Assembly (NCBI GenBank): GCA_965178125.1
Contig: OZ237772.1
Location: 248,001 to 312,000 of the forward strand
Reading direction: 5' to 3'
Length of the DNA: 64,000 bases
Origin: Bilabrum cf. latius
Lineage: Eukaryota
Below, in pieces: positions 62,664 through 64,000 of the stretch (position 1 is its first letter; each line of letters begins with the position of its first letter). Position numbers and translations under genes: made by a program. Under the pieces are notes generated by a model. That model was not told the DNA's origin. It searched no databases and worked only from the letters and a program-made list of their open reading frames with translations.

Positions 62664-64000
62664 ATGGCTGCACGGATGCGACCGGACTATGACGATGATT
62701 TCTTCGGGTCGATGAGTGATGACGATGAAACAAGTGGGAAAGGCGATCTTTGGGGCGCAGATCGCGACAGGCAGGCGGCCACCGCTTCTGCAACCAAGGC
62801 AGCGTACAGAGAAGCAGCCGGTAATGCGAAAGAAAATGGAACCCAAGACGGATTTAATCAAGGATTCTCATCGGGTATGCGTATGGGCTTTGCTCGCGGT
62901 TTCGTACACCAAGCAGCGGTGTGAGAACAAGACGTGGCATTCGTGCAATCGAAAGAAGCATGCCTAGCGAGTTTGAAGTTTGAACAACGTTTCCTGATGT
63001 TCCAACTTGCGCAGATCTATGGCGCTTGCGTTGCGAGAAAGGCGACACTTGCATCCGTTGGCCATCGGGAGGGCGACCGAGCAGCTGCGGGCGCTCATGC
63101 TCGCCACTGCAACGAAGCACCGGTTGGGCACAGAAAGATACCCAGCAGCGGAACACGCCGTGCAATCTCTCATGAAACGATCAGCCCGACCCCCAATGAA
63201 CCTCATTGCGGAGGAAAGGAGGAAAACTGACGCGAAGAGGGAGGCAGCCGCGCTGGCGGGGGAGCAGGACTTCAGCCGGTGCACCGAGGTCGAGGCGGCC
63301 CGACTGGTTCATGAAGGTTCGCTGAAGCGTCTCCGCCAGGTCGCCGAGATGCACATGGAAGCAGTGGAGGAGATGGAGCGACCCGCTGAATCGGTGGCGG
63401 GTGGCGACGGCGCGGAGGCTGTCACCGGGAGTGGCGCACATGCGGCTGCTGGCGATACTGACTCGGCTGGTGCTGCTGCTGCAGATGGCTAGGCAGTGGG
63501 GGGCGCCAGTGGTGGTGCCGATAGTAGTGTGACGAGTGGAGCGGGGGAGGGTCTGGCAGCTCGGAGGGCGGCGAGACGACGGAAAGGGAGGGGTGGCGGG
63601 GCGGTTGCAACCGACGGTTCCGCTGGCGGCGCCGCCGGGCAGGCTACCCTGTCTCTGGATGGGGGTGCGGCGGCCGAGCCGTCAGACCCGGCACAAAGCA
63701 ACCCGCGTGGAAGTGCCAGTGGCAGTGCAGCAGCAGGTACTGCTGATTCTGATTCTACCGGCAAAGATGGGGATACATCGGTTAGTGCAGATGCAGCAAG
63801 TGCAGCTGAAACGGAATTGGCAGTGCCAGCCTCCAGGGTGGAAGCACTGGTCCAGCGGGTCGGTGCGCGGCGCCGCAACGCTGGACCTGCGGAACCAAGC
63901 GACCCACTCCTCCCTGCCCGGCTCGCCGGACTCCTCGCTTCAATACTGCAGCGGCTAGCGGGCGAATTGGTGGAAGACGGGGGCAAAGAGGATGTGTAGA
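62664..64000 (+). CDS. YAE1/LTO1-like (Yae1_N motif) protein, intron 62921-63014, 3' partial
   Basis: AYREAAGNAKENGTQDGFNQGFSSG motif; gtgaga...cgcag intron restores the frame into ORFs 63007 and 63496 via TAG. Confidence 0.6.

Overview
GC-rich, intron-bearing eukaryotic (protist-like) DNA containing a complete, AT-rich 24.8-kb endogenous virophage/Polinton-like virus at 4372-29182. The element has TG...CA ends, a 5-bp target duplication (CAGCG) and ~1.5-kb terminal inverted repeats, and it splits a host gene. Both host and virus read TAG as glutamine while TAA and TGA remain stops (table-15-like), so the supplied ORF track fragments most real genes. With TAG=Gln the element encodes a chromodomain rve integrase, packaging ATPase, cysteine protease, penton, major capsid protein, Prim-Pol/SF2 helicase, a Pol-beta-type nucleotidyltransferase, a fibre-chaperone-like protein and about 15 others; no protein-primed PolB was recognised. 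Unusual non-coding architecture includes identical 101-bp imperfect hairpins at both ends in direct orientation, ~22 copies of a fixed-spacing palindrome at gene boundaries, a shared promoter motif, a tRNA-headed Pol III-like hairpin RNA and three copies of a GC-rich nested element disrupting two viral genes. Host genes include GH5-like, SLC4, a ~4850-aa Sfi1-like coiled-coil protein, an MRH-domain protein, VAMP7, FTHFS, FIT-family and YAE1-like genes. Host DNA is strongly enriched for GTGACGAGTG and GGTTGCAACC. All assignments come from manual reading and motif recognition; no searches were run.
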